A stretch of 64,000 nucleotides of DNA, from NCBI GenBank assembly GCA_050084985.1, contig JBITNC010000001.1:75826001-75890000 (forward strand), given 5' to 3'. Of the stretch, positions 51,989-64,000 are shown in pieces. The notes under the pieces were generated by a model. That model saw nothing but the letters and a program-made list of their open reading frames with translations. It was not told the DNA's origin and ran no database searches. The number at the start of each line of letters is the position of its first letter. The first letter of the stretch is position 1. Origin of the DNA: Nageia nagi. Its lineage: Eukaryota; Plantae; Pinophyta. A program made the position numbers and the translations under genes.

Positions 51989-54900
51989 TTACAGGCAATT
52001 GCATACTTTCCCTTCTCCGTTACTACGAACCTCAACTTTACCACCCCAAGACTTGACTCGATCCAATGCTTGAGCAGCCTGCATGACGAAAGCAAACAAC
52101 TTAACAAGACTGGAATGAAGTAGGATCACTAAGAGGCTATGAACAGATGAGTTACCTCTTTATCCCAGTTAGTGAAGTATGTGATTATCAGTAGAATTAA
52201 AGTCTGGAGAGCCGTTCCACAAATCATACCACCCCAAATGCCCTGTATATACATTTGAAGATGAAGTACAGGCGTACTATAAGTTTTATGCATAAAGAAG
52301 ATAGCAAAAAGAATAATTGAGATTTGGCATTCTAAACAAGTAGTCTACCTTTGCTCCAAGGTCAAACTTGTATCCCAAAAGAAGACCAAGAGGTATACCA
52401 ACAGCATAATAGCATCCTAGGTTTACATAGGCTATCAGAGCTTGCCACCCTCCACCCACAGCCACACCTGATTTATTTGCAAATTACAAAGAACCTTCAG
52501 TAACTGTTGTAAAATAGAGTGAAACCGTAACAACGTAATCACCAACTATAAATTGTCTATATATAGGACTACAATCAAGTAAACCTATACAAAACTTACA
52601 AACTGAGTCGACATTTGAATCATACCTGTTAGAACTGGCTGTACACTATTTAGCAACATCGTCACTCCAAGCAACATTGCCATGTTGGATACAGTATCTT
52701 TGACTACTTCACTATTGGTGAAAAGCACTGCGAACTCATCTTTGGTGCCGAGAATAATACCCATACATAAAAGTCCAATCGATAGTGCCGTTATGACCAC
52801 TATAAGGACTGCGAATTTTGCAGCCCTTGGGCGACAAGCTCCGAGTTCATTTGATACCCTCACACTATAAAGATAGATGAATACAGTATTAGCAATAAAT
52901 CAAACTTCAGAAGAATACAAAAATATGTAACTAAAAAGAAACATGACATAGTTCCAAAAACTTCATACCTAATGGCAGCATTGAATCCAATGAAGATCAT
53001 AGCTTCCCATCCATTCAAGTTCATGCTGCAAGAGGAACAGATTAAGAACTGTCAAGGGGTGCCTTTTCGAATAATAATTGGAAGGGCACATGCTTTTATA
53101 CAACCATCTACATGAGGACTAGAGGACCCAACTGCTGTACAGGCTCACTGATCAATAAAATACTCTCAACAGCTAATGTTTAATGACTCTAGACTACTAC
53201 TGTAGTATAAGGCAAATACTGTATTTATAAGAAGAAAAGATTGTAGAGGCTGCTCACCAAATGGAGATTGCATCAACTTCAACTGCTCCATTTTTCAGAA
53301 GACCAGTAAAGAGAACCAGTGACATCATATACCAAACCTCCAAACTGAGATTGTTATCAGTCATCACAAATGAACATGGCCACCATATATGAACATCTAT
53401 AAATATTTCTTCATACTGGACTCATACTTAAGCATTTGAATTACCAAAAATTGTATTCCCATTACAGAACAACAATGTTATAGTACTATACTTACCACAA
53501 CATAACACCTGAAGCCAATGAAAGCCGAACAAAAGACCATATATTGTGAAAAGCCATCCAAGAGAATCCTTTCCAAGAATCTTGGCAATAATAAATAATA
53601 TATAAAAATTGAGATATATCAATCAGCCACCATGAAAAATTCAATGTAATAGCCGCTCCAACTAACCCGAGACCCAATTTAAATATCAATAACCAACAAA
53701 GAAAAATATGGATTAATAGTGTAACTAAGCAAATCCAAGCTATAATCATCACTTTGCTTTGTGACTGAAGGAACTGCTGCATGGGGAAATATAGTGCATA
53801 GGCAATGAGTTGTGGCAGCGTCCAAATTGCAAATTTTCCAGCTAAATTGGCTACAGCATCATCCTGTCCCAGGAGCTTGAGAATTGGAGTAGAAAATACG
53901 TAAACAATACTGAGAAGCAATCCCGTAACCAGCAGTATTATCCACGACCGCTGCAAGTAGACTCCAAGCATATGAACTTGTCCAGCTCCAAAAGCCTGCC
54001 CACAGAGGGTCTGAAGCGCACTACCCATTCCCAACTGCAGAGATAAGAGATTAAATATATTCTCGATTAATCTAGTCAGAGGATTGAATACTTTTATGAC
54101 GTTCAATCACTAATCAAATGCTTTTGCAGCTTGAGATGTAGAACAGAGGTAAAGAATGGCAAATTCCACATTCCAATCTCTAATTCTGAGGTATATTCGC
54201 TATCATCTATACACCTAGAGTATGAAATGAATTTGTATACACCTAGAGTATGAAATGAAATGAATTTGTATACACCTAGAGTATGAAATGAATTTGGTTG
54301 GAGGATAGCTTTCCACCAAAGTTTCTGGTTATTTAGTTTCCAGAATTTCTCTTAATTTCTCATAAATCTTGATATGGTGTAAATTTTGAGTATGTGGGAA
54401 ATTTTTCGACTCACTGTTAAAAGAACTGCATTTATCATATTTAAGGTTAAATGCATTTGGTTTATCTACTTAAAATTAATCAAATTGCTATTGTAAAAAA
54501 ATGGTGATAAAAAATTAAATATTGAACCTAGTAACTACCAAAATAGATTTACAAGGATTCAAACCTACATTTATGGTAGCAAATTCTACTATTTTGAGGA
54601 GCATACCATAAATTACAACACAACACACAACTAACATTGTTTCTATTTTAAATGGAAAGAAGGTTAATACTACTTAGTTTAACCCATGAAAAAGATTAAA
54701 TGAAATAGTATTAACCCATCCAAAAAAATCTGCAAACCCTACCAACATTTGTTTTGAACATTTGATAATGTAAGATTTGTGAGAATACGAAAAGAGAATT
54801 CTAGCACCATTATCATATGCTATGTGCACAAGCACACTTCTTGGAGACAAATTAGACTATTCCTAGAGAGCTGAGGCGAGTAAGGGCATGTAACTATGTG

Positions 54901-56243
54901 GTAGAACACTTTGCAGGCTTGACAGTACTGAGCTCTTGCCAGCTCAATTACAGAAAACCTCGAAATTGAGCAAACTTGAAGTTTGGGTTTGGGGTGTTAA
55001 TCCAATCTCCAGAAAAGCATACACTTGAACATCTAGAGGTGTTGGCTTAGCTGCAGAGCACTCGTCGAAGAATGAAGTCCTAACCCATAAATGCTTTTCA
55101 ACAATTTGCTAAAAGTCATAAAGGAATATCATGGAAACCAACAACACAAGGGGGAACACTTATTACTAACGGGTATTAAATACTGAACCAAAGTACTGTG
55201 AATAATTGTTAGCTGCCTATGCTGTGCTGACAGGTTATACCCAGAAGACATGCAACATTCTTAGAATAGGAATACAAACAGTTTTCCAACCGAGATGCTA
55301 TAAAAGGAAGACATCTAGTCCACCCTAAATATAAGCTCACTGAGACACATTAGCGTGGAATGTGAGAAAGAATACAGCAGCTATATTGCTGCCAACATTT
55401 GGCTGATTGTTTGTAGCAAAGATATGCTTTCCAGCATTTGCAAACTTAAAAATCATAGCAGTTCTGAACGTTCTCTTCACACAGATCTTTCATATCATCA
55501 GATTGATCAGTTCTTCGACACTCTCACATTTCATACAGGCATCACTCAATCACAGCTTGAACGATAGTTATGTATCAACATTTTTTTTTTATTATTAATA
55601 ATCCCTGTTCTAACTAAAAATCTCAACCTCAACTTTTTCTGTCATTTAAGTACATTGTACTATTGAGTCACATTGACCTATTTTTAATCACTTACCCACA
55701 TTAAAATATATTTCTATTTTTATTTCTCCAAGGATAGTAATATCTACGGCCAACTGGGCAGAGAGTAGCTAAACCAATTCCATTTTCCAAAACAAACTCT
55801 AGACGCACAACACAAACAAAATTGGTCAGTTCAAAACCAGAACTTAATGAATTCCATCTTTATAAATTTCCACCCTATCATATTACTGCTGCTTCTAGAT
55901 TTTTCACATCGAAAGACAAAGAAACATGGTAGACCAGACACGCAATGATCACACTCACCATGGTTCCCCAACCCAAACCTCCAATGACAGAATTCGCAAT
56001 GGCCACAGCAGCAAGTTCGACAGTACCCAGATGCCCAGCGAAAGTCTGCGTAAGAGCTCCAATCGAATAATTGCACAACATACCCAAAATTGCAGGCCCC
56101 GCAATCGCCCACAACTTCTTGGATTCGATCCAACTTCTCCTTCTAAACTGTTGACATGAAGTAATGGCAAATGAACCAATATCTTCCATTCTACCATCTC
56201 CATCTTCGCTCAGCAGAGAAGAATGGAGAGATTTTTCAGCCAT
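51989..56243 (-). CDS. DTX: MATE efflux family / protein DETOXIFICATION (DTX29-35-like clade), 8 exons, 500 aa
   Basis: Exons 56243-55959, 54034-53496, 53344-53258, 53025-52969, 52864-52626, 52467-52349, 52242-52156, 52078-51989. All introns GT..AG and the frame is preserved (1503 nt). Motifs [93 protein letters not shown]. Confidence 0.96.
54208..54296. repeat. 28-bp tandem repeat x3 in MATE intron 1
   Basis: TATACACCTAGAGTATGAAATGAATTTG x3; the middle unit has an extra TGAAA. Confidence 0.93.
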
Positions 56244-56295
56244 GACAAATACTGCTCTCGTGAAGACTCCCTCGTCCAGGCTCACAAGGAGCATG

Positions 56296-56305
56296 TATAT
56301 ATAAA
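56296..56305 (-). promoter_or_regulatory. Putative TATA box of the MATE gene
   Basis: TTTATATATA on the minus strand about 55 bp upstream of the ATG at 56243. MYB-core CAGTTG at 56329-56334. Confidence 0.55.
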
Positions 56306-56719
56306 CGAATTCTTTCACGACGGACTGCCAGTTGCGAGAGACCTGGAATTTCCAAACAGGGTTTACCTGTCAATTATTATTTTTTTTAAGTTTTTTATTA
56401 TTAAATGCCTGTCAAATTAGTTTTTTTTTTTTTAATTTTTAACCATTTTTATTATTATTTTTATTTTTTAAATTTTTAGGTTTTGAACATGACGTTTTAC
56501 AATACAAAAAATTATTAAATTAACTGTCAAAAACATTTAAAAGACAAAAAAAACGTTTAAATACAAATCAAATTCCAGGTTGGGACTGGTTTTTAAATTT
56601 TAGTAATAATTGGAGTCCTGTCACTATATCTTTGTAACATGTGCATCATGTGAAATGGCTAGAATGTACCAAAAAGTTGGCAAACTACTTTTCAAACATC
56701 GATAATATATAGGGGAGGA

Positions 56720-56980
56720 GTCGAACTCGCAACTTCAAAATCTTATAATTGTCAACCCCTATGCAGACATCACCCCCCATATAGACAGTTCTTATGAGGT
56801 TATTGGAGTACTTATAGCAGACATTGAGGCTTGGGATGCGGCGAAGGATCATGGATCTCTGAAGCACATCACTAAACGATCTTGTCTTACTGAACGAAGA
56901 TTGTTACAAAAGCCAATGAAGATTGTTGCATATGGGCACTCCAGGTGGCCGGCCGTATGTAAATTTTTATTAGAAAAGAG
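56720..56980 (+). pseudogene. Paralog of the 18.2-kb relic, possibly ankyrin-derived, divergent from the MATE promoter
   Basis: DNA similarity to 18190-18410. Plus frame LQNLIIVNPYADI..DIEAWDA..AYGH..VCKFLLEK. Confidence 0.35.
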
Positions 56981-57325
56981 AATCAAAATTTTGATCATAT
57001 CTAGATTTTTATTAGAAAAAGAGAATCAAAAGTTTGATCAAATGTAATGGTGCCAAAGTATATAATATTAAATATTTCTTCGGAAAAATGATAGAATAAA
57101 ATAAATTCATGCGCATTTTTATTTAAATGTTAAATATTTTAAATAAAAAGGATGAGAACTATAAGCACATTGAGTATACATTATACTCACATCACCCTGA
57201 AGATGCTTGGAGTTGTTGATAATTGTAATTAGGGTATAACAAAAGGGGTTGCATGCATATTTAATATTACGAGTTTGAAGGTTAAGGTTGGAATCTAAAA
57301 TTTTGATATGCAATAACAGATAGAT

Positions 57326-60300
57326 ATGCTTGAACAAGGGTTCCAACCTAAGCTCAATCTCCTTGAGAAACATCTTTTAGAGATCTCCCTTCAAGCCTTT
57401 GAACAAAACATTACTATCCATGCACAAGTTGAGCGCATTTCCAAGCTAGAAGACATGGTAGACAAGCTTCAAGATGTTTCTCCTAGCATTAGAGAAGAGA
57501 TTATCGAACTATGTACCAAACTCAATGCAAGTCGCGAGGATAAAAAAGCACATGGCCTCTAAATTCAATATCGTAAATGTGGAAGATATCACTAATCTCC
57601 GCACTAAGCTTTCTGTAAATAGAGAGAAATAGAAAAATCTAGCAACCAAGTTGGATGCAGCAAGTGCAAAATCAAAATGGGTTTAGGTGCTAAAAGGTAA
57701 TAAACACAACAAACACCTCCCTTTAGTAGATGCAGTTATTCAATCTAAGTTTGTTGAGGAAAGTTAGAGGCAATTTAAATCATTGAACCTTCAAGTGAGA
57801 GGCCTGAAAGATCAAGATTAAGGAGACCTAATGAAAATGGCCACTGAATTTTTGCACAATACCTTAGGCCAAAAAGAAGTTCTACCAAAAAGGGCATGGT
57901 TTACACATGACAACTCTCTAATTGTGCATTTTCGCACTCCACAAGATAGGCTAGAGGCCCTTAAGTCCAAGAAATTTTTTTTAGTATGATTGAAAAGATT
58001 TATCTTGATGAAGATTTGACCAGATTGCAATATGAAGAATTTAAAGACAATAGAAACAAAATGTTAGAAGAAAGGAAACAAGGTAAATGGGTTATTCTTT
58101 GAAATGGAAAAGCTTGGATTAGAGTTACCCCTCCCAGAGGCGGGTCCAAGCCTTGGACAATTTGCTCATCATGACGTAAAGCTCTGAGTCTTCAAGATGA
58201 ATTATCAATTATTGTTTGAAATTATGGTTGTTCTCTTTCTTTTTCCTCAGGTTCAGCAGATGATATGATTTTGAATAAAGATATTATATTTTTCACAAAA
58301 ACACATGAGACTAGCACAAAGTTGCTCCTCTTATATACAAGCTACTCATGGTTGTATGCAAAAATATCGAAGACTCAACATGGTTCCAAAGGCTTGGGAG
58401 TTGTTGCTTGTTTGTTACAGGATCATCTTATCTCTTCTATACATTTGGAATGCTTAAATTCTCATGCTAGATTTATATGAATCTCTTTGGATAGAAATCC
58501 ACCACTCAATCGACTCTATATATCAATGTGCTACTTTCCTCCATCCCACTCTTCATATGCAATGACATCAAATGGAGATTCACCATATTTAGATCCTTTT
58601 TCATAAATTTTTAACTTCTCTACCCTTGAGTGATATTACTAGTGGATGATTTCAATGCACGTATAAGTATTGCACATTGCTCTATATTTGATATCTTTTC
58701 AGATCCATTGTGTCTATAAGATGTTGATCATGATACTTTGGGAATTTTTCATTACTCAGTTGATGTAGAAACTATTATCACACCCTATGGTAAGAACCTA
58801 ATTAACCTTGACAGATCTCATGATCTAATCATTTTAAATGGTATTAAGCAGTTCCCCTTTCCAGTAATTTTACATATTTTCCATATGTTGGTGATATTAG
58901 TGTAGTTGATTATGTGATGGTTAACCTACCTTTTTCCTTAACCATATCTGATTTATGTATCTCAAGTGTACCTCCTTTATTAGATCATGCCTTCCTCACC
59001 TTTAACCTTCTATTTGTTTCCAAACTAGAACTTACCTCTCCACCTCCTCCCAAAATAATTAAAAAAATCCACTTTAACTTTAGTTATGATGATGTATACA
59101 TAGAAAAACTTAAATCCTATCTTATCCATATTCACACAATTTAAGATCCTATTGAAAGAGAACTATTTTTCTAAAGCATTATGGTTGGAAGTTGTTGAGT
59201 CCTTTCACCATACCACTTGTTCTTTCCATCAGTCTCATGGCTATTTACCTCTTAACTCATGGTTTGATACTGAATGCAAAGCTTTACATAGGCTCACCAG
59301 ATCAATAAGCCATCTTGATCCCTTAAATTACAAGCTAGCCCAAAATCACTATCATTCTTTTCTTAGGAAGAAATTATATGCATGCTTAAGCTTAACCATA
59401 GTCACTTTTGGTGTATGTTTCTACCCAAAAAGAAAACATGTCCCATTTTTTATCCTCACACTTGGTACAACTATGCTAGCTCACTCTATGATATTCCAAA
59501 CCATGCCCCATTTATCTCCAACCCACAACCATCACATTGTAGTTTCTTCACTGATGGAATAATTTTTTATGCTATTCGTAAGCTACATACTGGTAAAGCA
59601 ACTAATATTGAAAATTTGAAGCATAGTTTCTTTAAACATAGCCCTAGAATCTTGGCTTGAGCTATTATGGTTGGTCATACTCTTGTAAATTTTTTTGCAA
59701 CGATTCTTAATATTTTTATCTCTGAATTTGTTGAGGCTAAGAAACTTCATTCAAAGGGATAGGTAGGTTTTAGAAGAAATCATCATACCTATGATCACAT
59801 TCTAAACTCTTAAAGTTATCATTAAAGAAGCTAAAGCTAATAAACATAAGGTCTATTATTGTTTTGTAGAATTCAGAAAAGCATTTGATATTGTTCCTAG
59901 ATAGTTACTACTTTAGAGGTTGAAGGATTTAGGAATTTTAGAGGAGGTTACTTTGTTAGTTATGACCTTGTATGAAAAATTCATTGGATAGGTTAAAATT
60001 GTATCTACTAGAACACAAGTTGTTCATAACATTATAGAGGTTAACCAAGGCTTCCCACTTTCACCTACACTCTTTGGATAGTATATTGATGAATTAGAGG
60101 TGCTCATTATGGTCTCTCTAGCTAAGAGTACAAGTTATTTACTTTTTGGTAGTGTTATTTTCATTTTGTGATTTGTTGATGATATTATCCTAAGAGCACA
60201 CATAGCAATAGAATTTCAACAACAACTAGACATACTTGGCACTTACTCTAAATCACATGGATTAGAAGTTAATATCTAGAAAATAAAGATTATGATATTC

Positions 60301-62620
60301 AATCTACCCAAGAAAGATATCTCTTTTGTTCACATCACATACAAAGGGAAGGCTATTGATATTGTCATATCATACACATACTTGGGAGTTCTTTTCGTAG
60401 GACCTACCTTCAACATGATCCCTACATCCCAAGAAAGGTTAAACAAAGGTTATGTTAGCTTAGCCTCTTTGGATAAGCAATCCTTTCAGCTTAGTATAAA
60501 GATCAAACTCTTTCACACTCTTGTTACCCCTACATTGCTTTATGGTTGTGAAGTTTGGATCCCTAGCCTTAATCACTTGGGTTGGTCTCGTATTGAAAGG
60601 CATAGGTGGTCTCTTAATAGAAAGCATTCAAAACACGTACGTGCATAGACTTATTAAAAAATCCCCTATTTTTAAAATTTACCATCTCCCATTTTAATTT
60701 ATTAAACCCCTCATGGCAAACTCCTATATAATAAATAAAAACCCTTTTTAAAAACTCATAATTTTACAGAAAAAATTGAATCAATTTTTAATACCTCTTA
60801 GTAGTTTTACCATTTCATAAATGTATAATATTTTCTTCAACAATAGAAAATTTGACTTGGACATGGGCCTCAGAGACCAAGGGTTCCACCTCTACTACAT
60901 AGTTAATATTATATTTTCACTCTTTATCTATGCTTAATACGATCTCTTCTTAACCAACCACAGCTACATTGTACTCTTCTTTAGCTAGATGTTGTAAGAA
61001 AACTTTGTAAGCTTTGGAATATATAACAATGGTATCTTATATGAAGATAACCTTATCCATATTGATAGTAGACATCCTTCCTTGGTTGATCATGTAAATT
61101 CATCCAATGTATTTAAAATAATTTAATTTTATAAAAAGATAAATAAATTAATTAATTTAATATATTGGAATCAATTCAATAATAAAATAATATTTTAATT
61201 ATTTTATAATATTAAAATTGTAGATAAATAGAAGAATAATATTATCATATCGGGGGGATTTGGGTATGCTAACTAGATAAAATACCATCCAATTCCTATT
61301 TTACCACCCCCTTAAAAACCCCTTCCCTTTTGGTAACCCCCCACCCTTGCTAAGGCCCCTAGTAAAACCCCCTCCCCTTATAAAATACATATCAAAATAC
61401 CAATACTTTAGATTGATATAAAAAATACCCCCTCATAGCACTTACATGTTATTTACCATTTTCAAGTAACAGACCCCCTGTGTTGAAAGGGTCCTCATCT
61501 CAATGTTATCCAAGTTCATTATTTTTAAAAGAACTATTCCACATCCCATCATTCTAGCTAAGTTTGGTGCTCACCCATTATTTATAGCAACATCATTTCA
61601 TATTGTCTCTTTATTGTATAGATTCCCTTGTATGCCAAATATGAGAAGATATCCATATTTAGCATTGCACTCCTCCAAATAGTTAGTTAATTAAGGGTTA
61701 AAAATTGTTAGTATGCTCAAACTACTTCTCTACTTCAATCTCTTGTCTTAGACATCATGATACTTCCTCCTATTAAGTCATCGATCAATACATTGTATTC
61801 CAATAAGGAAATTCAAGATGAGATCTACTCAGCATATATAAAAACTACTTGAACTTATCTAAAGGAACCTCTTTCGCAAAAATTGCTCCATTACTCTCAC
61901 TTTTATCTCCAAGTAGAGAATGGATTGATCACTACTCCAAAACATAACTTGATACAAATTCCACATGACCTCAAGTTTCCTCTAGCTCAACAACAAGTTT
62001 TCTCCCACTAGCTGTGTATTGAGATAGATCATCACCTCCCTAGAGATCAACGTATTTGTATATTGTGCAATCTTGATATGGAATCCGAGGAGCATTTCAT
62101 TTTCACTTGTCCTATCTACTATGATATATGAGGTAGATATTATTTCTTATTTAGAGAAACTCATACAAGAAGTATTGGATTAATTATGAAGACCAACGAT
62201 GCATTATCCTTTTCATCCGAGAATTATTCAATCTCAAAAAAGAACTACTTAGTAATAGTTTACAAAGGATAACAAGATCCTGACTTATCACTTTATTCTT
62301 CTAGCCTCCAAAACAAATGACCAAGAAATGCCAGGGTGATCACAAAGATACAATAAGAACCTCTCGTCATCGACTCCAACATGGACCATGTACAATGACA
62401 TCAAACTCTTATATCACTCACTTCTTTGCACCATTGAATTTTGGGATAAATCCTAGATTCATAGACCTTGTTTATAATTTTTTATACAATTTATTATTTT
62501 TCTTATTTTATTTTCTCTAGAGTTGCATTAAGCACTCTCAATGCTTTGTATATATCCTACTTTACAATCCTATTGACCTTCTTTGATCACCAATGGAAAT
62601 TAATACAAATTCAATTCAAT
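57326..62620 (+). mobile_element. Near full-length decayed LINE (RTE-X-like): ORF1 + EN-RT-ZnF ORF2 with short-repeat tail
   Basis: Coiled-coil-like ORF1 at 57326-~58140. APE motifs DIIFF.KTHE, YFPP, DDFNAR, LIILNG, SVVDY, LDH. RT GFRRNH, VEFRKAFDIVPR, NQGFPLSPTLF, FVDDIIL, YTYLGV. C-terminus VFSH*LCIE..RICILCNLDMESEEHFIFTCPIY. Tail (AATTC)n at ~62608-62620. Confidence 0.88.
60601..61482. mobile_element. Non-autonomous hAT element (882 bp) inserted in LINE ORF2
   Basis: Perfect 8-bp TSD TTGAAAGG (60593-60600 / 61483-61490). 16-bp TIR CATAGGTGGTCTCTTA vs rc CACAGGGGGTCTGTTA (13/16). LINE-like sequence resumes after it. Confidence 0.9.
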
Positions 62621-62699
62621 TATGGTTGAGATTACATCCTATTCAATCTTTGTGTTAAAAGTAGATCATGAATTGCATGAGGAAAATTATGTCAAATAG

Positions 62700-63617
62700 T
62701 TGATAATAATTAGTGTAGTATTTTATCACTATCTTAACCCACCAAATTAACAACATATACAATATATTAATAGTGATGAAATCATGAGGAATGGTCATGA
62801 AATCAAGATGAATGATCAAGTGAAATATGGAATGAGGCTAAAAAAAATTTTCAAGAAATCTTAGGAGAAACATATTGGCTGAGAAGTAATGAATAAGATA
62901 TAATAGAGTGGGGTCATGGAAAACTTGGGATCTTTACAACAAAATTGGTTTGCTCTAAATTGAAAGTAAAGCTTTGAGATAGTATATATTATAAAATTAT
63001 AAAATAATAAATTTAGATCATCTTAGGCTACCTATGATTATCTACAAACTTTCCTAAATCACCAACATATTAAGAAAGTTTAGGTAAAATACTATGATAC
63101 ATGTCTTGGTGTTTAGAATATATGAAACAACATAACCCTTTTAAATAACAATGAAATAAAATTACAATTTACAAATAAAGTAACTCAAAATATTTAGAGA
63201 GATGGTAATATAAAAAATAAAAGAAAATTAGTCTTATATAAACATATCATTAATCCAAAACTTGAACATCCATCTTATCTATATATGATTATCAATCTTA
63301 GAAAGAAATTTTGGATTGAAAAATTAATAAATAATTCACATAATCTTCATAGTGAGATTGGAATATGGAAAATTCCAAAAATACCCTTATCTTAAATTTT
63401 TTATAATTTTAGTAATATAGATGCCACAAAATATGAGATTCATTTTCTCCTTTCTTGTGAACTTTAGAAATACATTAGACAAAGCTAAAAAAATATTGAT
63501 AATCATAGTTTGATCCTTGAATTCTTAAATCAATATAACAAAATAAGATTGATAATTTTATTATACATCTTAATTCTAGTAGAAATAATTATTCAAATAA
63601 ATATTGGATATATTCAT
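62700..63617 (+). repeat. Old segmental duplication, copy A' (paralog of ~18920-19803)
   Basis: Collinear ~900-bp similarity to the 19-kb block. Confidence 0.85.
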
Positions 63618-63634
63618 TATTAAATGCAAAAATA

Positions 63635-63850
63635 TGGGTCCACTTTATGGTCAAAAAGTATATGCTTTTTCTTTGATTTCTAGTTTGTTCATAATTGATC
63701 TCAAAATTTGAAGCACTTAGAGATGGAATCTTGAAAATGTCACTTTAATACAAATGTTGTGTTCAAGTATGATTTTCAAATATGTAATTTATTCCAATAC
63801 CCATATGATATAAATTAAACTTTTATAGACATGTATAAAAACCATTGTTT
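63635..63850 (+). repeat. Dispersed repeat copy (same family as 47441, 48631 and 11902-12451)
   Basis: Begins TGGGTCCACTTTATGG and shares ATTGATCTCAAAATTTGAAGCA and AATTTATTCCAATAC. Confidence 0.8.
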
Positions 63851-64000
63851 AAAAGTTACTGTTGATTAAGATTGTGTAATATATGCACCGTGAGCAATCT
63901 TAACCAAAGTAAATCATGAACAGACTATAGTGATAGTCTGATCTCCAGAGAAGGTCGGTTCCTTATCTATTGGGCGTAGAAAAAGTAACAGGAAAGGAAA

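Noticed and set aside
56244-56318. N-terminal extension MKEFVYIYML.. of the MATE ORF in the ORF track
   Set aside because: It starts upstream of the likely TATA box. [11 protein letters not shown] at 56243 gives a typical N-terminus.
55831-56420. Overlapping alternative-frame and antisense ORFs over MATE exon 1 (and 52682-52870)
   Set aside because: By-products of the GC-richer coding sequence, with no independent evidence.
56685-56867. Minus-strand 60-aa ORF that is also open in the 18.2-kb paralog
   Set aside because: It shares codon boundaries with the plus-strand relic frame, so it is likely an antisense shadow. Substitutions are mostly non-synonymous.

Overview
AT-rich, CpG-depleted, TE-dominated land-plant genomic DNA; the element types suggest a gymnosperm, which is inference. 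There is one intact protein-coding gene: an 8-exon MATE/DTX transporter on the minus strand (56243->51989, about 500 aa), with a possible extra 9th exon. Retroelements: a full-length decayed Ty1/Copia (2976-11056, TSD CTTTC), a solo LTR (24359-24819), a Ty3/Gypsy (25111-~35232) with a nested three-LTR non-autonomous element, a tRNA-Trp-primed pol-less LTR element, L1 fragments, and an RTE-X-like LINE interrupted by a hAT MITE. Also present: three MULE-type TIR elements (one a likely Pack-MULE), two decayed tRNA-Gln copies, ankyrin-like gene relics in an old segmental duplication, and a young 1.19-kb tandem duplication. I see no clear new multi-gene system. The best leads are the dual-PPT/LTR-boundary shift in the Copia element, the RTE-X-like LINE, the Pack-MULE in an orphan CpG-retaining island, and the paired charge substitutions plus alternative C-terminus in the MATE. 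All alignments were done by eye.
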